DNA from: Chloropicon primus
Lineage: Eukaryota
NCBI GenBank assembly: GCA_023205875.1
Contig: CP060763.1
Span: 186,001-250,000 of the forward strand
DNA length: 64,000 nt
Direction: 5' to 3'
Part shown: positions 59,256 to 64,000 of the stretch, piece after piece
Position numbering within the stretch: the stretch's first letter is position 1
Layout: every line of letters begins with the position of its first letter
Translations under genes and position numbers: made by a program
Notes under the pieces: generated by a model
Databases searched by the model: none
What the model saw: only the letters and a program-made list of their open reading frames with translations
What the model was told of the DNA's origin: nothing

Positions 59256-60938
59256 ATGAGGACGACGAGGCTCGGAGCGAGCGCGCTGCCACGAGCGAGA
59301 GGGATGTCTTCCTCTTCCTCTTCCTCTTCCACGGCCGGTCGAACCCTTCCGACGTTGAACTGGGACAAGAGCTTCGTCAAGGAGCTTCCTGGCGATGAGG
59401 AGACCTCGAGTGGGACGCGGCAGGTACACGGCGCGTTCTGGTCTAGAGTCGAACCCACGCCAGCGACGTCGTCGTCCCGTCCGTACCTCATCTCTCACTC
59501 GAGGGAGGCTGCCGCGTTGCTCGACCTGGATGAAGGGGAGTGCCATTCCCAAGACTTTGTCAACCTCTTCGGCGGGAAGGAGATTGCGTCCTCCCTGGAC
59601 CTGGCGCCCTTTGCGCAGAATTATGGCGGCCATCAGTTCGGTCACTGGGCGGGGCAGTTGGGCGACGGGAGGGCGATGACGCTTGGGGAGGTGGTGAACT
59701 CTGCGGGGGAGAGGTGGGAGGTGCAGCTGAAGGGGGCGGGACCGACGCCGTACAGTCGCAGGGCGGACGGGCGCGCGGTCCTTCGATCCAGTGTGAGGGA
59801 GTACCTCTGCAGCGAGGCCCTGTTTCACTTGGGGATCCCGACCACCAGGGCGCTGAGCCTGGTGGGGACGGGGGACGGAGTGTACCGGGACATGTTTTAC
59901 AACGGGGACGTCAAGCTGGAGAAAGGCGCGGTGGTGTGCCGCCTCGCTCCCTGCTTCGTGAGGTTTGGGACCTTCCAGCTTCCAGCGGTGAGGGGGGGCG
60001 AGGAGGTCGGCCTCGTCCGAAAGCTGGCGGACTACGTGATCAAGCACCACTTCAAGGATCTGGAGGGCGAGAAGGGGGGCAGAAAGTACGAGAGAATGTT
60101 TGAGAGGGTCGTGGAGGACTCGGCGAAGCTGGTGGTGCACTGGCAGGGCGTCGGGTTCGTGCACGGCGTGCTGAACACGGACAACATGTCGATATTGTCC
60201 CTGACGATCGACTACGGCCCGTTTGGCTTCCTGGAGAGGTTTAACGTGAACTACACCCCGAACACCACGGACGTGCCGGGCTACAGGTACACGTTCAAGA
60301 ACCAGCCCCAGATCTTCCTGTGGAACCTGGCCCAGCTGGGGAGCGCGCTCGCCTCGGCGGGGTTGTTCGACGTGGACAAGGGCCAGGAGATCCTGGACAG
60401 GTACGGCGACTTGCTCACGAGCGCGTACGAGTCGCAGATGGCCAGAAAGATGGGGCTCAGCGAGTACAACCAGGACCTATCGATCGGCCTGATGAAGCTG
60501 ATGTCAGATTGCAGGTCGGACATGACGAACACTTACCGGGCGCTCTCCCAAGTCACGAGGATGCAGAACGATGGCATCGGCGGGGAGATCCCTTCCAAGC
60601 TCGACGAGGTTCTCCGGGTGGCAGAAGCGACGGAGGAGCAGAGGGAGGGCTGGTTGGAGTGGATCAAAGAGTACCAGGCCCTGCTCCGGGAGGACCCGAT
60701 GTCGGCGGAGGACCAGGCGGAGCTCCAGGACGCCACCAACCCGTGCTACATCTTGAGGAACCACCTGTGCCAGGAGGCCATCGAGGCGGCCGAGGACGGG
60801 GACTACGGCCCGGTGAACGACTTGCTTGATCTGCTCCGCAAGCCTTTTGAGGAGCAGGAGGGCAAGGAGGGGTACAAGAGGGTCGTTCCGAAGGAATTGG
60901 ATGGCCCGGGCGTTTCCATGCTGTCGTGCTCTTCTTAA
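59256..60938 (+). CDS. SELO: SelO/YdiU protein adenylyltransferase (Cys form)
   Basis: YGGHQFG.WAGQLGDGRA, QLKGAG.TPYSRRADGRAVLRSS.RE, HGVLNTDNMSI, IDYGPFGF and C-terminal SCSS*. Confidence 0.97.
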   Translation: MRTTRLGASALPRARGMSSSSSSSSTAGRTLPTLNWDKSFVKELPGDEETSSGTRQVHGAFWSRVEPTPATSSSRPYLISHSREAAALLDLDEGECHSQDFVNLFGGKEIASSLDLAPFAQNYGGHQFGHWAGQLGDGRAMTLGEVVNSAGERWEVQLKGAGPTPYSRRADGRAVLRSSVREYLCSEALFHLGIPTTRALSLVGTGDGVYRDMFYNGDVKLEKGAVVCRLAPCFVRFGTFQLPAVRGGEEVGLVRKLADYVIKHHFKDLEGEKGGRKYERMFERVVEDSAKLVVHWQGVGFVHGVLNTDNMSILSLTIDYGPFGFLERFNVNYTPNTTDVPGYRYTFKNQPQIFLWNLAQLGSALASAGLFDVDKGQEILDRYGDLLTSAYESQMARKMGLSEYNQDLSIGLMKLMSDCRSDMTNTYRALSQVTRMQNDGIGGEIPSKLDEVLRVAEATEEQREGWLEWIKEYQALLREDPMSAEDQAELQDATNPCYILRNHLCQEAIEAAEDGDYGPVNDLLDLLRKPFEEQEGKEGYKRVVPKELDGPGVSMLSCSS

Positions 60939-60997
60939 TTACACAAACAAACACATATATTTTTTTTATCTCCGAAAGGGGATTTTATTCTCCCATC

Positions 60998-62158
60998 TCA
61001 AACCGTCTTGGCCCCTTCCTTGCAGAGCTTGACGACGTCCGCGTACTGAATTTCGAGGCTGCCCTCGCTCTTGAAGGCTTCCTTCATCGCCGAAAGCACC
61101 GCCCTCCCGTCCTCCTTGCTCCCCACCACAGCGACTGCCGTGGGCCCCGCCCCGCTAATGGTGCAGCCGAGGGCGCCCGCATCGATGGCAGCGCCCTTGA
61201 CCGCCGAAAACCCGGGGATCAGCGGCGCCCGGGTCGGCTCGATGATCGTATCCGAGTTCAGTCCGTGTCCGATGCTCTGGATGTCCCCCTGGACTATGCC
61301 TAGGAGGAGCTCACCGCAAGCACCCGTGTTCTCTATGTGGAGCTGCATGCTGACCTCCTTGGGCAGGACCGCCCTCATCTTCTTCGTGGGCGCCTCGAAC
61401 ACCGGCGTGACGACCACAAACCAAAGGTCGGAGGGACAATCCAGCTGCTGAAGGACGAGCGGCTCCGTCGACTTGACCAAGATGAATCCTCCGAGAACTG
61501 CTGGAGCAATGTTGTCTGCGTGGTACCCACTCACAGCGGCCTCGGACACGATGCCTGCCTCCACCAGCTTGGCCTTTGGAAGGGGAGAGCCGAAGAGAAC
61601 GTTCGTGGCCATGGCTGCCGCGGCCGCGGACGCCGCACTGGACCCGAGTCCACTTCCCAGAGGCAGCCCCTTCTCCAGATCGAGGCTGACGCCTGCACCC
61701 TTCGCCAGGGGTCCACATTCCCTCTCCATCAGTCGGAGCGTCTCTATCGCTGCGATGCCTGCGCAGTTGCTCTTGCTCTCCAGCGTCAACCTTCCCAGGT
61801 CTCCCTCGATCCTCTCGATCAATACTCGGTCCTCCAAGTTCGTCGAGGAAGCCGAGACTTCCATGGGCTTCGCGGCGACGGTATCGCCGCGGCCTTCCAC
61901 AGCGCAGCCGAGGAGGTCGAAGCCCGGACCAAGGTTCGCCACCGTCGACGGAGCGAAAGCGCTCGTGTAGTCCAACTTGGGTTCCAAGGCTCTCCTCCTC
62001 ATGGTTCTCCTCGTCCTCGTTCTCGTCCTCGTTCTCGAAACGGAGGAGGAGGTCGAAGAGGAAGGGGAAGAGGAGGTCGAGGAGGAGGGGGAAGAACTTC
62101 GTCCCTTCACGAAGAAGGCTTGGGATGACACGCTACTTGCCATGGCCTTGCACCACAT
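60998..62158 (-). CDS. HSK: Homoserine kinase, plastid-targeted
   Basis: TVANLGPGFDLLG, LPLGSGLGSSAASA, HADNIAPAVLGG and ISGAGPT; Ser-rich transit peptide. Confidence 0.96.
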   Translation of the reverse strand: MWCKAMASSVSSQAFFVKGRSSSPSSSTSSSPSSSTSSSVSRTRTRTRTRRTMRRRALEPKLDYTSAFAPSTVANLGPGFDLLGCAVEGRGDTVAAKPMEVSASSTNLEDRVLIERIEGDLGRLTLESKSNCAGIAAIETLRLMERECGPLAKGAGVSLDLEKGLPLGSGLGSSAASAAAAAMATNVLFGSPLPKAKLVEAGIVSEAAVSGYHADNIAPAVLGGFILVKSTEPLVLQQLDCPSDLWFVVVTPVFEAPTKKMRAVLPKEVSMQLHIENTGACGELLLGIVQGDIQSIGHGLNSDTIIEPTRAPLIPGFSAVKGAAIDAGALGCTISGAGPTAVAVVGSKEDGRAVLSAMKEAFKSEGSLEIQYADVVKLCKEGAKTV

Positions 62159-62244
62159 CCTGGCCGCTCCTCTCGCCTCGCCTCAGCTGTTTTTTTTGGA
62201 TGGGAGGACAGCAAGCTGCTGGCCTGATCTGGATGAAGGGGGAT

Positions 62245-62354
62245 GGAATGGTAGGCGCAGGTTTCAAGGTGGCAATGGTGATGGCAATGGACATCCCAGG
62301 GAGGGAGGGAATGGTAGGAGCAGGTTTCAAGGTGGCAATGGTGATGGCAATGGC
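62245..62354. repeat. Intergenic direct repeat (~46 bp, period 63)
   Basis: ggaatggtagg(c/a)gcaggtttcaaggtggcaatggtgatggcaatgg at 62245 and 62308. Confidence 0.9.
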
Positions 62355-62490
62355 AATGGATTGGATTGGTAGCTGTCCTTATAAGTTTATAGGATACAGA
62401 GAGAATGTATGGATGGATAGATGTGTTGGTCCCGATATATATATATATATATAGCCTTCATCCGACATCTCACCTCAAAATCGTCTCATC

Positions 62491-64000
62491 TCAGGCTTGC
62501 TGCTGAGCCCGCCGCCTCCCAAGAGAGAAGAGGGCAGCAATCGGAGACCACAGCCTCGAGAGGAAGCCCAGGACGAGGGCTCTTAAAAAGTTGAGCTTCT
62601 CGAAGAAGGACAGCAGCCTCCTCTTGGCGTCGCTCTCCTCGTTGGTGGGCACGTCGTAGAGCTTCCAGCGCGCCAGGGGCGCCCAAGCCCTGGAGACGGA
62701 CCAAGGGATGGAGAAGAAGGCGCAGATTCCCCTGATGAGAACGGCGGCCCTGCCGACCATGACGAGGTCCTGGGGGAAGCTCGCGATGCTCCTCACGGGG
62801 CTGTTCTCTGAGAACTCATCCGGGGTGTAGTTCCCCGGCATCTCGGACAGGGAGTCGAACATCCAAACCGCGCACGCGCTGAGGGCGTCCTTCTTCGCCT
62901 CTGGCGTGAGCTTGACGCCCATGTCCGCGACTATGTCGGCGATGCCGGAGAAATCCCTGTCCTCCTCCTCCAGCATCACGCAGAGTTCCGCCAGCTGGTT
63001 CTGCATCGTCTTGGTGAGCTGCTTGGTCTGGCCAAAGTCAATCAGGGCGATGTCCCCGTTGTTCAGCACCATGATGTTCCCTGGGTGTGGATCCCCATGA
63101 AACAATCCTCCCTCAAGGACCATCTGCCCAAAGCCCTTGGTCAAAGATTTGATCAGCTTCTCCCCTATCAGCTTGGCGAGGGCCTCGTTCGACGCGCCGC
63201 TCTCCTTGTTCTCCTCGCCAATCTGCGTCAGTGTCTTCCCGTCCAGGTAATCCATGACGAGGACTCTCTTGGTCACCATGCCCTCCACGGACCTCGGCGT
63301 CTTCAGCCAGGGCTTGTACCTCCTCGTCCCGTCCGGCTTCTTCTGAAGCAGGTCGTTTATCTTGTCCATGGCCTTGGCCTCCTGCCTGAAGTCCAGCTCG
63401 TCCTCCATCCTCTGAGCGATTTCGGTGAAGACCAAGTAGTAGTCCAGCGGAAGCAAGTCCTCGAAGGCCTTGGCGAACTTGATGACGTTCTGCACGTCAC
63501 CCCGGAGCTTGGGCTCAATGTACGGCCTCATCACCTTGACGGCGACAACCTTCCCGCTCTTCAGGGTTGCCTTGTGCACCTGGGCGACCGAGGCGCTGCC
63601 GAGGGGAACGTCCTCGAACTCAGAGAACGCCGACTCGATGGGCTCACCGTTCAGGAGCTCCTTGGAGACGACGGCCTTGACGACCTCCGCGGGCAGCGGG
63701 TCCAACCGATCCTGCAGCTCGCTCAGCCTGTCGATGTACTGCACCGGGAAAAGATCGACCCTCGTGGATATGAGCTGCCCGCTCTTGACGTAAAACCCCT
63801 TGAGCTCGTTCATCGTCCGCGAAAGCTTCGCCGAGCCCCACTGGTGCAGCCTGTCCCAAAGCAGATCCTTCTCGCCCTCCTTGTAGTTTGAAAAGTTCAG
63901 CCACTTCTCCGCGACAGCGTAAGCCACGATGATCGGCACGGTGTTGCTCCAGAACCTCAAGGTCCTCTCCACCCGCTGCGCAGGGGTCAGGGGAGGCTCC
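62491..64000 (-). CDS. ABC1/UbiB atypical kinase, 5' end outside window
   Basis: GFYVKSGQLISTR, LSELQD, PLGSASVAQVHKA, VAVKV, ELDFRQEA, FHGDPHPGN and IDFGQ. Confidence 0.95.
   Translation of the reverse strand, partial: EPPLTPAQRVERTLRFWSNTVPIIVAYAVAEKWLNFSNYKEGEKDLLWDRLHQWGSAKLSRTMNELKGFYVKSGQLISTRVDLFPVQYIDRLSELQDRLDPLPAEVVKAVVSKELLNGEPIESAFSEFEDVPLGSASVAQVHKATLKSGKVVAVKVMRPYIEPKLRGDVQNVIKFAKAFEDLLPLDYYLVFTEIAQRMEDELDFRQEAKAMDKINDLLQKKPDGTRRYKPWLKTPRSVEGMVTKRVLVMDYLDGKTLTQIGEENKESGASNEALAKLIGEKLIKSLTKGFGQMVLEGGLFHGDPHPGNIMVLNNGDIALIDFGQTKQLTKTMQNQLAELCVMLEEEDRDFSGIADIVADMGVKLTPEAKKDALSACAVWMFDSLSEMPGNYTPDEFSENSPVRSIASFPQDLVMVGRAAVLIRGICAFFSIPWSVSRAWAPLARWKLYDVPTNEESDAKRRLLSFFEKLNFLRALVLGFLSRLWSPIAALFSLGRRRAQQQA

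Noticed and set aside
60918..60960. Selenocysteine or SECIS in SelO
   Set aside because: The C-terminus is TGC-TCT-TCT-TAA (Cys form) with no in-frame TGA.

Overview
Gene-dense, GC-rich, intron-poor eukaryotic nuclear DNA from a green alga. It carries plastid-targeted genes (Y3IP1, homoserine kinase), short GT-AG introns and (CT)/(GA) microsatellites. The compaction and the RSQDPPCxW ankyrin family suggest a Chloropicon-like picoplankton; this is inference only. About 30 protein genes are recognisable: DNA polymerase alpha (cut by the left edge), CFAP119-like and CFAP99-like ciliary proteins, Aha1-N, a TKL kinase, a GRIP golgin, a Nudix hydrolase, an MBD4-like glycosylase, a kelch protein, Rav1/DmX, ATG11-like, CCDC174-like, YciI, DUF1769, a MYND finger, a GT29 glycosyltransferase, an AFG2-like AAA ATPase, a carboxylesterase, an FAD oxidoreductase, SelO and an ABC1 kinase (cut by the right edge). 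No rRNA, tRNA, CRISPR array or intact transposon was recognised. The most unusual items are: (1) a DNA 3'-phosphatase fused to a PolX-type 8-kDa lyase domain; (2) a head-to-head pair of secreted proteins, one a ~1380-aa beta-solenoid-like repeat protein; (3) a ~2.4-kb AT-rich gene-free island with a three-hairpin ncRNA candidate at its edge; (4) a triple HARE-HTH gene whose 3' end is duplicated 6 kb away, bracketing three genes; (5) a palindromic CTTTCGAAAG element shared by divergent promoters; (6) several unusual domain architectures. All domain calls come from recognising motifs by eye, not from database searches.
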